64,000 nt of DNA from Chrysomallon squamiferum (Eukaryota; Animalia; Mollusca). The notes beneath the pieces were generated by a model. It ran no database searches. It saw nothing but the letters and a program-made list of their open reading frames with translations, and was not told where the DNA came from. Location of the stretch: NCBI GenBank assembly GCA_012295275.1, contig CM022668.1, positions 15,314,001 through 15,378,000 of the forward strand, written 5' to 3'. The position numbers were made by a program, and so were the translations under genes. Positions 1 to 15,887 of this stretch are shown here, piece after piece (position 1 is the first letter of the stretch; every line of letters starts with the position of its first letter).

Positions 1-23
1 TATTTTTTATTTATTTAATGAAT

Positions 24-59
<36 letters not shown>

Positions 60-498
60 TTAATGAATTTATTTATTTATTTATTTACTTATTTATTTAC
101 TTACTTAATTACTTGTTTACTTACATATTTATTTATTTATTTATTGTTTGTTTGTTTGTTTGTTTGTTTGTTTGGTTTTGGTTTCTTTTTTTTTTTTTTT
201 TTTTTTGTTTTGTTTGGTTGGTTGGTTGATTGGCTGTTTCGTTCTTTACTTTTTTTATTCATTCACTTAATTAGCTGTTATTAAAATGATTTAATCTGTC
301 ATTGTCTAAATATATTTATCACTAAGATAAAAGTAATTTCATCCACCTTTCAGTTCCTTTTTTACCTTTTCTTTTTCAACTTCAATTTATTTTCATCATT
401 ATATTTGAAATTTTCTTACAATTTGTTTTGTTATTTTTTACTATTTTTCTTTGTTCAAATTTTATATACGTTTATATTTTCCTATGTAAAAACAATAC

Positions 499-531
<33 letters not shown>

Positions 532-1890
532 TACACACATACTTTTTAATTTTATTTCATTTAACCTTTCATTATTTTGGTTCAATTTTAATTTATGTAT
601 ATAATTAAATATATTCAGTTTGCTTTTATTTTTTTAGTATTATTTACGATATTTGTATATTTCTCTTTGACTTTTTCACAATTGTGACATATACAACATA
701 TTAAAAATATTGATAAATATCTTTGTTACTTAACTCTGAAATGCAAATTACTATGTGCTCTATTTAGTTTATGCAAATCGTGACAGGAATATAACTGAGA
801 AAATTAAATGAAATTAATTAAAATATACATCATTTTGTCATTTTGTTGTCATTTTAAATACTCTTTTTTTCTTTTATTACTTTATATTTATTTTCCATCT
901 GTAGCTAAAACAAACATACACATACATACAGACAGACAAATGTATACATACATACATACTTACATATATACATATATATATATGTATGTATGTATAATAT
1001 ATATATACACACACAGTTCACACAAACACTATCGATTTCACATACACACAATAACAAACGTATACATACAGGCATACATGCATGCACACATACATACATA
1101 CATACATACTTAATACTATATGCATACATACATGCATATATATATACGAGGGTACCTACGTACCTATCTATCATATTATTTACATATTCATATATGCATA
1201 TTTACATATATACGTAAATACGTATTCACACATGCATATATATTTGCATATATACATATTTATATATGTATACTTATATATATATATATATATATTTACG
1301 CACTACATACACACACACATACATATATAAAAACAAAGAGACATATACTCACGCGCACACACACACTCTCAAACACGCACATACAGAGTTGTATAGGTAA
1401 GCTTACATGCAGCGTTTGAACGGGAGCCTTCTGTTCGAGTCTGAGTCCAGAATATATTGATACACACATACAACAGCATAACATCCATTTCCAAACACAC
1501 ACACACATACAAAACACGTGCACACATACCTACATACATGTATACTCGCGTACATTTTATATCAGAGATCTAGGCGTGCATCTTTTTTTTCTTCTTCTTC
1601 TTTTTTTCTTTTTTGTTGTTGTTGTATCTGTTTTAATCTGTTTTATTTATTTATTTATTTATTTATTTTATACAGCTTTTATTTTACTTTCTAATTTATT
1701 TATTTTACTTTTAGCAAATAATAATTAAATATTTAAAATGACACTTTTAATTATTCAGTACAATCAGACCTATACTCAGTACGTGAAAGAAAATAATAAA
1801 ACAATTTCTGATTTTCTGTTGATATTAAAATCCTTTTTTATTCGACAAATTTCACTCGCTAGGAAGATGTTTTCACATCGCTTGAGCATC

Positions 1891-1921
<31 letters not shown>

Positions 1922-2343
1922 AAAAGAAAAGAAAAGAAAGAAAGAATAACTGAATCTTTCAGTTTTCAGTTTCATTGTATTTTCATGTTTTTTTTTTTTT
2001 CTTTCTTTCTTTATCAGTGTACGTCAAAGTGAAACAGTCGCCATTTTACTTCGCTTTTAACCCGAACACTGAATCACATTTCTACAAAAGCCATGTTTTG
2101 CTACAACCGTCTGAATCACCTCTTACACATCGCCTTTCAAAATATCTTAGAAATTTTAAATTGATGTCAATTATCTGCCACAATTCGACGACAATAATTC
2201 AACTCTGCAATTCGCTTCGCTTCGCCAACGCTGAAAAACCTGGGTTTTCTAATTACTTAGAATGTATATGGCGATTTATTTCGCGGTGTTTCTTTATCAA
2301 GCAATTTCAGAGCTAGTACTTTTCTCTGTGTGAATTTCTGATA

Positions 2344-2385
<42 letters not shown>

Positions 2386-2572
2386 TCGTGCAGCTATTAA
2401 ACTTTAGTTTTCTTTGGACAGATATAAAATTCAGGTACAGTGTGAAAAAAAAAAAAAAAAAAAAAAAGATTTAAAAAAAAAAAGCCAAAACCGGCTAAAA
2501 AAAAAAAATAATAATAATAAAAAATGAAAAGAAAAGGAAAGATAATAAAAAGAGAGAAATATTCATCGCTTT

Positions 2573-2588
2573 TGACAGTGATTGACAG
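2573..2588 (+). promoter_or_regulatory. Pbx-Meis/Prep decamer with adjacent Meis site
   Basis: TGACAG directly followed by TGATTGACAG (2579-2588). Confidence 0.4.
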
Positions 2589-2745
2589 CTGAAATTGGCC
2601 TCAATTAATATGAAAGGATTCTTGACGTATGACACAGGTTGATAAAACGAAACGGCTTACATTAGAGCGCTTTAATCAGGTGAAAAACACCTAAGTATTA
2701 AAACGAATTATTATTCATATTAACATTATGCACAGATATGTACTA

Positions 2746-2807
<62 letters not shown>

Positions 2808-2974
2808 GTACACAGATACATGTACCAGTACACGTACACATATAGTAACATACATATACTGGTATGCAGAAATGCATACATATGCATGTGTGTGTGTGTG
2901 TGTCTGTGTGTGCGTGTGTATATATATTCATGAATATATCATATGCATGCATAAGTAATTATATATATATACAG

Positions 2975-3062
<88 letters not shown>

Positions 3063-3552
3063 AAAGTAATATACGGACACAAGAGTCCCAGATTAATACG
3101 GAAATCCTCGATGCTTTTGTCTAGATGACGTCATGATAATACAATAACGTCATTCTGTTGTTTGTGTAACGTAGTTAGGGAAGCCATGATCGTGTGGTGT
3201 TGGCAAAGGTAAGAAATCTGTGTATATCTGTACTTATGTGTCAGTGTCTTACAAGTTAATATAGGCTTGAAACAAAACTCTAATTTCCAAAACATTCTTT
3301 ATGTAAAATTTTATCAAAGAGCTTTCTTTTCTTTTATTAAACAAAACTTTTTCCAATTTTTTCTTCTTTCTATACTTATTTTCTTCTTTCTTCTTTCGTC
3401 TTCTTTTTTTTTTTTTTTTTTTTTTTTTCCATTGAGATAGGACAATTTCATTTACTCAGTCGGAAACAGACAAGAAGTAAAAGATTTAAAAATAATAAAT
3501 TCTATAGCTACGTAATTAAATGCAACATTCGGAGTCAGAAGATAAAGAAATG

Positions 3553-3607
<55 letters not shown>

Positions 3608-5122
3608 CAGGACAGTTGTAGGATAATTATCCCTTACAGTTTTGTGGCAGTCGCTAACATTCTTCTTACGTCATTTCATTTGAGCTGACGTGTTTTATGA
3701 GTTATTCTGAAATCGTCTGCGTCCGTAATGACGTTAATTGAAGGTCGGTCTCGATATCTCGAACTAGACGCAAACGAATAACGAAGCAATAAATGCGTTT
3801 ACTTTGATCAATCAAAATGAAAGGAGATTTCAATTTACTTTTCACCTTAAAAAAAAAGAAAGACATCTTCTGATGGTTGTCAGAGGTTAAATCGAAGACG
3901 GCAATAACGCGGAAACCAATCAGGAAGGTTCTTGCTTACTTATTCGCTGGTTCTTTTTTTTTTTTACGGTGTTTGTGATTGGTTCGCTAATGTTTTTATT
4001 CTTTATTTTCATCTTTGTTTTATTTTACTTTATTTTATTTTATTTATTCATTTTATTTATTTATTATTATTATTATTTTAATAATAATAATAATAATAAT
4101 ATACAGTTAAAGAGATACTAACAAGGAACTGTTTTTTATACTATGGCAGCAGTTTAAAATTCAACATTGCTCTAACAGCCGTAACAGAATTAACTGCATA
4201 ACCACAACATATAGACGACAATTGTTTTATTATTTTATTTATTTATTTGTTCATTTATTATTTTGCTTGTTTGTTTGTTTGTTTGTTTGTTTGTTTTTCT
4301 GCCTTTCTATGTCCTTGCACAAATTCATTATTTAAAATATTTTTTTAAATAAATAAATTCATTCATTCATTCATCCATTAACATTCAAAGAAATGAACAG
4401 CAAACAATGAATAAAACAAACAAACAAACAAACAAACGACAGAACACTATCAGTTCAATTTACACACTCATTTTCTTTTGTACGAGTCTCTCTATATAAT
4501 CTCTCCGTCTGTCTGTCTGTCTGACTGTCTGTTTGTTGCTATTCCATTAAAACATTCCCTAAACACAAACCACATCTTATAAATGTTATTCCAACAAATC
4601 CACAAAGCTATACTCTTCATTCACAACAATTGTTCGTTTGTGTTCTGCGGACAATTTCGTTTCGAAGGCACACGAATCTCCAATTTCAAAAACCCTAGCA
4701 GTATCTGTCCACCCGGATATGTATCTGATCCGTTATCGTACCATCCAGTATCCCCCCCCCATCCACCCACCGCCGTATTCACAGGTCAACGTCACCTACA
4801 CCAAAAGATTTTTATCTTCGTCTGCCAATCAACATTTCTGTCCCTCACAGTGAAGCGGAAGTTAATTGAAAGCTGAATGAATCTTTTGTGAAAATGATCA
4901 AAAATGGCGGACTTCCTGTCCGATTGTAAATCTTCATTGTGAAGTTTTTTTTTTTTTTGTTTTTTTTTTATTTGATTTATTTATTTATTTATTCATTTGC
5001 CTTTATTTGTTTATTCATTAATTTGTCTTTATTTGTTTATTTATTTTGTATATCTTTTGCTTTATATATTTAATTTTTTTTTTCATTCTTCCGTGTCAGT
5101 ATATATATATAATATATATATA

Positions 5123-5174
<52 letters not shown>

Positions 5175-7680
5175 TTTATATAAACTGGTTCTAAACAATC
5201 AGCAATTATGGTTTATATTTTCTGATGCAATAAATAAGATAAATTATTGGCCATAGGTGAAGAAAAATTGGTTTCACCCAGAAGAACATCTTTCAAGTTT
5301 TCTCGGAGGTCTGGGTCTATCTTGCTGGTTACTAGCTGTAACGTACATTATATGTACACCTACCCATAGACAGCAAAACAACTTTTGATAGATCAGTGTT
5401 GGAATAATGGTTGGCGCAATCAAAACGGCATATGTTTGTGTTTGTATGTGTGCATGTGTTTTATTTGTGTGTGTTGTGTTGTGTTGTGCTGTGTAAAAAG
5501 TCAATAAATTAATATATTAACGTGTTTGGCGGAACATGGTATTGACGAATGTAAAAATAAATTTGGAATAAATACATTTTATAATGAAACCGTTTTTTAT
5601 GTAGTTCTATATATATTCTACATACTGTATCTCTCTACACTGGAATCCTAAAGCTATAAATTATGTTTCCATTGTCGTTTTCTCGCTTTGTTTCTTTCAT
5701 TCATTTATTCTTTGTTTGTTTATTTATTTTTAAAAGGAGCGGCAAAGCTATAATGGTTTATTTTCGTCATTTATCAGAATCCATTTGTCTTTTCGATTTG
5801 TACTTGAAACTATTTATATCTAATCTAACATCAGACATAAATAAAAACATGTTTAGTAGTTAATCCTAGCACATCGATAAAAATCGACAAGCATTACATG
5901 AAGTAAACACCCGAGAGAAAAAAAAAAAAAACAAAACAAAAAACAAGGCCATAAAACTTAAGACTGGATCTTTATGGTTCTCATTTTTAGGGAGAAGCAT
6001 TAAGCAGGCGATATTAATTGCCCGAAAAGTGTTAACACATTCGTACACGATCGTACAACTTCGTACGACTTCGTTTTTTTATCTCGTAACTTCTTCTGTC
6101 TTCGCAATCTGAAAAGTCGACACTTTTCTCCCCGTATCGGTTTTTACAACGGACTCGTGTAATTAAGGTATTATCTGGTGCGGTTCGCCTGAAGCTTATC
6201 GCAATCTCGATCTACAGCTTGACACTTTCAAATTTTTTTTTTTTTTTTCTCTCCCCGGATGACGCGGGACAGTACTAAACAACGAACAGCACCGAAAAAC
6301 ACATTGAAATCACTTCAAAAGATCGTTTTTTTTTTTATCCGCAAGGGGATCAAACACGGGCCGATTTTTTTTCTTTTCACCGGTGTCGAGAAAGAGAAGA
6401 GATTGTCGTTTGCAGTTATTTTTCCACGTTGTCGAGTCCTGTCTGTCCAATGTGACTGCGCTGAGATCCTTGTCGTCTGCTAATGAGGAAATGACGAGTT
6501 GTCGGCTGCCTCGTCCTTTTCTTTTCACGTCAGCAGACGATCCGCTACAGAAGTGATGACAAACCATTTCGCTTTTCATATTACTGTTATTGTTATTACT
6601 ACACATGCTACTACTGCTACTCCTACTACTACTACCATTACTACTACTACTACTATTACAATACAACAACAACTACGACTACAACTACTACTGCTTCTAC
6701 TACAACTACAACAGCAACTACGACTACTACTACTACTACTGCTACTACTACTACAACTACAACAACAACTACGACTACTGCTACAACTACAACAATAACT
6801 ACGACTACTACTACTACTGCTACTACTAATACAGGTACTACCACCACTACTGTACTACCTTTACTCCTACTACTGCTGTTACTACTACTACTACTACTAC
6901 TAACAGTAATATTACAGCTACTATTACTATTACTACTGCTACTACAGCAACTAATACTGTTATTGCTGCTGCTACTGTTATGACTACTACTACAACTACT
7001 ACTGCTACTACTCCCACTACTAACATTACTACTACTTATGTATTATACATTTTCATTTTTTGAATTTATTTAGTTATATTTATTTGTATTCTTTGCTCCA
7101 TTTTTTTTTTTATTCTCTCCCTTATTAAAATTTAAATTATTTTACTTTTTTCGCTTTAATTTTCTTTTTAGTCTTAAATCACGTTTTGTTCGATTTTATC
7201 TGTAAAGTATGTATGTAAGTACACAATTTCTATAATAAAATAATACCTGTATTTTGATTTTTGTACTTAAACCTTAATGTTAAAAAAAAAAAAAAAAAAA
7301 AATGTACTCCTTTTTTTTTTTTTTTTTTTTTTTACTTCCAAACTTTTCACCTTGTTCATCTTCGATTTCAGTTTAGTTATTTTAATTCTATTTTCTTTCT
7401 TCTTCTTTCTTTCTGTTTTTATTTTTATTTTTTTTTTTTTATTATTATTTTTTTTTTTTTTTCATGATCTCATATTAACAGACGAAAGGTAAAGAAATTG
7501 TAGAATGTTATTCTTTTTTCATTGTTATTCTTAATGTTCCTCCAATTTTCGAGTTTGAATGAAACTCAAATATCCAGCGAAGAATTACGAGAATTTTATT
7601 TCTCTTTCATAGCCCCAATTTATCATATTCAAATAGGGTTTGTGCAATATAAGTACAATATTAGAAGACACTACAAAGAT

Positions 7681-7711
<31 letters not shown>

Positions 7712-8430
7712 ATAAAATAAATGTTATGGCTGAACTTTTCACAAGTTTGGTTTCCATAGTGACAGGATCAGTCAGATTCATCTTGTGTGTGGTTTTAGTG
7801 AGAAAAAAATTAATAAAAATAATTTGGATTTTTATTTCTGTATTTCTCTTTTTTTTTTTTTTTTTTTTTATTTTTTTTTTAATCGTTTCTTTGTTGTTGT
7901 TGTTGTTTTTTTTCCTGTTATTTATTTATTATTTATTATTTTTCATTATTTTTATATTTTAAATTTTTTCTTTCTTTTTTTTTTATTTTAATATTAATTT
8001 TTTTTTTACTTTCCTTTCGTTATTTTTATATTTCCAGTATATTTGTTTTCACTTCTTTTTAAATTTTTACTTTATGTAGCTGAAGTGTATTATTGTTGGT
8101 TTTGTCGAGAAAATTTAGAATATTCTGTACTTGTTTTTCTTTTATATCTTTTCAGTGTAATTTTACATCACGTACGCACCGACCTACGTCCCTACCTATC
8201 TCTCTTATTAACCTGCCTACCTATACAAATACCTTTCTGTCTAACTAGCCACCCACCGCCCTATCTACCTCCCTCACACATACACACAAAAACACTTATA
8301 TTTATACCGTACCAAAACACACGTTCATATATTTACATGTATTAATATATTTATAAAACATCATAAGAAATATTCACATCATTTTCTAAACCTCTTGAAT
8401 TAGATAGACAGATAAACAGACATAGGTAGG

Positions 8431-8610
<180 letters not shown>

Positions 8611-9904
8611 CACAGACAGAGAATATATACACACCAACATAAACTAAGGACATTTCTACATAGATTTGTATACACCTAATTTATTTATAAACGCACACAC
8701 ATATACAGGTATTTTCTCAAATACACACAGACACATATAAACCCACACTTTCACTCATTACAATACTAACAACATACCACCATAAAAACATACTGCTTCT
8801 TCCCACACCATTCAACTTTTACAAGTTAGCAACAAGGCATCTTTTTTTTTTTTTTTTTTACGTAAGGAATGTCCCAAAGACAATAGTGCCCTAATTATAT
8901 CATGATAGAGGTTGGAACAAGAAAAATTCACAGTGAACAAACGTGTTTCGAAGACGTAAAGAGATCGTGTTAGATCGTGCAAACCTAATTATCCAGCTCG
9001 TTATTCAAAAACATGAATGAAAAAAAAAAAAAAATTATATATCAAAAAAGAAAAAAAAAAAAGAGGCGGCTTTTTTTACTTTTATTTTTTATTTTGTACA
9101 AGTCAAATAAGACTAATTTGTGATGTTATCTTGCAGCTATCCCAGCATGCATCTCGTCCTTCCCTAATGGTTTAATCAGCACCTTTCGCTAGCTTTAAAA
9201 AGCGTCATCGTTAAAGCCCCCCCCCCCTGAAAAAAAAAAAAAAAAGTCCCCTTTGAACTAACTCGGCTTGAATATACATGGCTTCTACAATCAGCCGACA
9301 AAAGGATTAGGCCCACAAGTAAAGGTTTTATGAAAGAAGAAAAAGAAGAAGAAGAAGAAGAAGAAGAAGAAGAAATCATAGCCGATTGTCGTCACAAGCA
9401 TCTTTTTAACTACTCGCCTCAAGCCCTTTTTTTTTTTTTGCCCCCGTGCGTTTCGTTTGTCAGGTAATTCGGAATTTAACATGTTAGTTCACACCCTGTT
9501 AGTTGTTCCGCCGCTCACAAAACGGCGAGTACCAGTCGTTAATTTGTTCGAGGACTCTCGGCAGAAACCGTGTTACCGAAAGCCGTCGCCGATAAGGACC
9601 CTCATTTGTAAGACCACCTCGCTATTTAGCATATTCTCGACGCCTAAGTTATTTAACCTTTGGTCCTTTTTTTTTTTTTTTTTTTTTTTAATTAGTGGTT
9701 TTAGCAAAGTTACGTTTTCCCTCCCCACACATCAGTCCCACCCCACCCCCCATTGCGCAATGTTTGTCTGACGGTAACAGAAGTAGCAGACGACACTTCA
9801 AAGGAATGGTCTGGCTAACTAATTATGTAGGAGAGGTTTTTTTTTTTTTTTATTTATTTAATAATCTTGTTTTGTGACAGTATCCTCTATGTGTGTGCGT
9901 GTGG

Positions 9905-9953
<49 letters not shown>

Positions 9954-10266
9954 CGCGCGCGTTCTGTTGCGTATGTTTGTGTATATTTGTATTTTTAATC
10001 GTGTTTTTTGTTTTCATTTTTATCCCTATCCCCCCACTATTTTACGCCCTCCTCCTTTCTATTCTCTTTCCTCTCTGAAGACTTTTTAAACTGTCCATCT
10101 TTCCTGTTTTCTGTCTGTCTGTCTGTATTTCTAATTATCTGTCTATCTCTATCATATATATAGTTTTTATCCTTTAGTGAATTGTTTTCAGGTAGTAGTG
10201 TACAGCAAATAAATAAATAAATAAATACATAAATAAAAAATAAAACTATAACAGGAATTATTGTTG

Positions 10267-10297
<31 letters not shown>

Positions 10298-11603
10298 CAT
10301 TATTATTTTCTCTAATACAGAGCTTTACAAATCAGTAAAAAAAAAAATAATAATAATAATTCATTCACATTGTACTAGCAGATGGTTAAACTAAGTCGTT
10401 TCATTCTTTTTTCTTTTCTTTTTTTTAAATTGCTATTTTTTTTTTTTTTTTCCGTCGATTAGATACATATATCGTATACAGAAAATACCTTGAAGCCGGA
10501 TGATGGTTTGAAAGCTTTATTTAAAGCTTGTACAGCAATAATGAAAATCGAAAAAAATGGACTATAGAAAAAGTTTACAGTCAGTTAAACTCAATACGAA
10601 ACAATCATGGACCATACAATATTACACTGTTCTGGAAAACTCATAGCCAACTAGCCCGAAAAAAAAAAAAAAAGAATTCGGCGAAAGAAAAGCATACGGC
10701 CTTAAAAAAATTTGCATTGGTCGCCGTTCTTTTGCAAAGACCATTCAAGTTCTGTTAATAAACTGGAATTTTTTTTTTTCTTCTCATTGTCGCAAATCAA
10801 TGCACGTGCTAAAACTTCGTCACTTTTCGGCACACCTATAACCCAGGTGTGTGTAGGAGCGTATAAAAAAAAGTATGACTGGAACCCGAAAACGGAACGC
10901 AATCGCTCTTAAATGAGTGTAATGATCCGTGTTCGCGCATATTCTTCATTCCAGATTTTCAAATGATTTTGCAAAAGGCCGGTGAGCCTGGGTTTTTTTT
11001 TTTTTTTTTATGCTGGATTTTACATGCTTGAGTCGAGAAAATCAGGAAAAAAAAAAGAGAAAAGAAATGAAAGAAGAGTTGAAAGGCTAGTTTCAAAAGC
11101 CTGGCCTTTTCCGCGCCAGATTTGTTCCGAACAATACCGTTTCCGCACATTAAGGAAGGTATCTCTTGCTTGATGTTAAATACAGAAATGACTTGTGGAG
11201 AGTTTTTGAGGTGTGTACCAAACACAGGAGTCAAGAGGAACCACGCCTAACAGGACTTACACGGACTGTAGTGTGCCGGGGTCAAATAAAGTATGTTGTT
11301 TTTGTTTTCATTGTTTTGTTAGCTGATTTTTTTTTTTTTGTTTTCTATTTATTTATTTGTTTGTTTGTTTGTTTATTTGTGTGTTTGTTTGTTTGGTTTT
11401 TTATGTGTTTATTTATTTATTATTTTATTTATTTATTTGCTTGTTTGTTTGTTTGTTTATTTATTATTTTATATCGTTGTTTATTTATTTATTTTGTGGT
11501 GGTTGGTTTGAATTTTACTTTTTCTTTTTATATATGTATTTCTATGCTCGGTAATTATACATACATATTATATTGTTATTACTGTTGTTGTCGTTGTTGT
11601 TGC

Positions 11604-11676
<73 letters not shown>

Positions 11677-12685
11677 TCTCTTGTGGTATAAAGTTTGGAT
11701 ACCTATAGGATAAATGCACTGTATATTTATACCTTTGTATTTATTTATGTACTGAGATTCAATAAATCAAAATTTTTAACCTCTGTTTTTATTTTTTATC
11801 TTTAAAGATGTTTTGTCGTTTTTCTTAAAGTCAAGAAATGGAGGGAAAAAGGTGAATCAAAAAATATATTAAAAATGAAGCAGGAAGGGGAAAAAATCAC
11901 GAAAAAGTAACTAAAAAGTTAAAAGAAAAGAACAAATTGAAGGAAAAACAAGAAAAAAAACTTAAGAACGAAGAAAAAAAATAAAGAGAAAAAGGGGGAA
12001 AATGAATAAAAAAGACAAAATTTCTTTCTTTTTTTTTTAAAAATCAACAAAAAAAGAACAAACATGAAAAGATAAGATAAAAACTGAAGACAGTAAATAA
12101 AAAAAAAAAAATATATTAAAAATTAAAAAAACAAAAAGAAAAAACACAAACCGTATCAGATTACTTTTTCATTATGCACATCCCTTTCATTCGCTCTGGT
12201 TTATTCACAGCAAACATCCAACACACTCTTCTCTGCACAAACTCGCAAAAACACGTCACCCGCGTGCACGCACGCACGCACGCACGCACGCACAGCCTCG
12301 CTCTCGAAAAAAACACGTCACCTCGTTCCCCTCAACCCCAGTGCGTTCTCATTAACGACCACGTCGTTGTCGCCTCGCTTTCACCTCGACTCTTGTTGTT
12401 GACGACGATGACGTTGTATTGAAATCAAAACTCTTCTCCTTTCGCTCGTTTCTCAGACGCACAACAACGACAGCTGCTTCAGTGAGGACGTCTTTCTATG
12501 AGGTTATAAAATAAAAATAAAACACACCAAAAGGCACACGAGTGGTTCTCTTGTGTAGAAAAAAAAAAAAAAAAAAAACGACGACGTTTTCGTAGGCGCC
12601 GTGGTTGATGTTAAAGTCGCATTAGCATTTTCGACAACGAGTGCCAACAAGTACATAGTAATCTTTCACGACAATGGTTTGTATA

Positions 12686-12730
<45 letters not shown>

Positions 12731-12890
12731 ATTCCTGAGTAAAAGCTTTGAGGTTCTAGGATCGTTTCTCGTAGGTTTACATTTATCACTTAGTAAAAAA
12801 GAGAGAGAGAGAGAGAGAGGTACTAGTATTTTGTTTTCTTTAAACTTTCAACAATAAAAATATAAAATAATAATAGTATTAATGATAATA

Positions 12891-12942
<52 letters not shown>

Positions 12943-13142
12943 TTTTCTATATAGCTAATTACCGTCACTTTGTAACAACACAATTAAGGTGAAACCTTCT
13001 AAATTAATTCTTAATAAAATTACTGCATAAGTACTTAACTAAGTTTACTGAATAACAAATATAATATATGTTTTACATTCCAGAGCTTAATGGAAAATTT
13101 TCATACTGAATTTCTTTACAATTTTACATAAAGAGTAAAAGA

Positions 13143-13258
<116 letters not shown>

Positions 13259-13940
13259 ATAATAATAATAATGATAATCATAATAATAATAATTCATCCG
13301 TCTTAAACTCTGGCGCTTTCACAAACATTTTTTTTTTTTTTTAACGTATACAATACACATCCTGTTCTAATACTGAATCTCACAATAAACATATATCATG
13401 TGGGATTCTTTTTTTTCTTCTTCTTTTTTTTTTAAACGTCAACCTCTTCTTAGTCATTTATGGGTGGTTTCGTTATCCTATTCACCTCAAACCGTTAATC
13501 ATTTCTTTTAAAAAAAAAAATAAAAAAATAAAAAAATTAAAAAAATTTCCCATCGTGAAGGCCCGCCTGGGTCTGTGTTTAATTAAGATGACAAGGATTC
13601 TAATTCCTCCTGATTTACGCGACAATCATTTCAACGGGGACTTGGATAACCGGAAACCGCATTAGTCAATAATCTGTCACCTTAATGGATTATCCGATTA
13701 TCCGTCTGTCATTCATAGGTGGCCAGCTGATATCGTCGAGGCTTCCCTACTGGATCCTTTAAGAAGTAGGTAAACTCTCCGCGAGTATCGAATGCCATCG
13801 GTTGAAAAGAGAGAGATGTAGATCGGTGTAGAGACAGACAGCAGACAGACAGACAGAGAGACAGACAGGCAGGCAGATGAAGAAAACGAGATGTACGTAA
13901 GTCTTTCAGATATGAAGATGGAATACATAGAAAGAGATTC

Positions 13941-14045
<105 letters not shown>

Positions 14046-14107
14046 CAGACACAGAGACAGACAGACAGAGAGAGAGAAAGAAAGTCAGACAGAGAGAGAG
14101 AGAAACT

Positions 14108-14152
<45 letters not shown>

Positions 14153-14235
14153 ACAGAGAGAGAGAGAGAGAGAGACAGAGACTGAGAATGAGAGAGTGAG
14201 AGAAGGAAAGACAGATATAATAACAACGAAAGCCG

Positions 14236-14270
<35 letters not shown>

Positions 14271-14912
14271 AAAAAAAGAAAGAGAGATCGACATGTCCAA
14301 GGACGAATTACAAAACAAAAAGAAACGAAGGAGGGTGACAACGAAAAACAACGTAATAAAAATTCCAGCACTTTATGATATCGCAATTACCTCCGTGCAA
14401 GCACGGTATACCCTTACATATTATCGACAGTGATGTATCGCCCGCTCTTCGTCAAAGACATACCAGCGAGGTTTACCTACTACACAAACCGTCGTGCTTT
14501 TCATAATGGAGCTAATTTTCTTCTCAAAAGTATAAAAATAATGTTTTTCTTTTTTTTGTTGTTGTTGGTTGTTGAACTTCTTGTTTCGCCAGCCTTTTAA
14601 TCTAAGACGTCTTTGCGGCTTTTGACGATTTTCCTCGCCGCCATTGTCGACGCGAACTCATCAGATCCGGATGGTTGTATGTAAGACATAATTAGAACGT
14701 TTATCTGCCCTTTGCGCGAGCCATTACCCGCCACGGCAGCGGGTCTTCAAAGGGGGAGGCTACTGGCCAAAGACGCCAGCCTGTAAAAGCGGCGAATAAT
14801 CATAGTCCCCGCTGAAGGCAGAGAGAGATTACGTTACAAGTGATAAGTTTTATGTGTGAATAATTTCAAAGTCGCTTGCTTTAAGGGGGGGGGGGGGATC
14901 CCCTACAGATAA

Positions 14913-14955
<43 letters not shown>

Positions 14956-15160
14956 GCTTGTACGCAGACTACTCGGCTTGTTTGTGATAGACAAGGGCGT
15001 TAATCGAATTTGGGAGATTGTTGACGTAGACGTCGTCATATCTGACGTTTGCATCAAATCTGTTTTTTTTAAAAACAAAAAAACAACAACAACATCTGAC
15101 GTGTGTGGCGAGCCGTGCAATCACCGAGACGGCTTCATGACGTCGCGACTGCTGTCACGG

Positions 15161-15300
15161 GTGTGACCGTCGTTGCGAGACAGTCAGTCGTGTGGCCGTC
15201 ATCGCGTGGACGTTGTTGGTGTGGTAGTGTGACCGTTCTTGATGTCGTAGTGTGACCGTTCTTGATGTCGTAGTGTGACCGCTGTTGCGAGGCTGTCAAA
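15161..15300. repeat. 23-bp minisatellite
   Basis: gtagtgtgaccgttcttgatgtc at 15224 and 15247, partial at 15270, degenerate copies upstream. Confidence 0.85.
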
Positions 15301-15844
15301 GTGTTAGTGTACGTCGTGAGGACGTTGTGATGTTGTTAAATGTTGCCATCGTGGTGATGCCGTCAGCGAGAAAGCTGTTGCAGTGAATAATAATAATAAT
15401 AATAACAACAAGAAGAAGAAGAGCAACAACAACAACAACATCAACAAAAGTAGTAATAGTAATAGTAGTAGTAGCAGTAATAATAATAATGCAGTAATAC
15501 TATAGTAGTAGTAGTAATCGAGATGACTGCGGTGGTAGCAGTAGTAGCAGTAGTAGTCCTAGAAGTAGTAGTAATAATAGCAGCAGTAATAGTAGTAGTG
15601 GTACAAGTAATATTATCAACCATTACTGACAATTTAAGAACCTTTCATATGAAGGACAATAAAAATATCTTTTATTAACGCCATTCAAAGACACAGCTTT
15701 CAGCAGAATTGTAAAGAAATTCAGGATTAAATAGGAAATATCGAAAAAAAACAGAAAATAAATTTTAATAATATTTTTTTTTACAACTTTCAAGCATGTC
15801 ATCACATAAGCTGAACATTATTCTTTCTTTCTTTGTTTCGTTCT

Positions 15845-15887
<43 letters not shown>

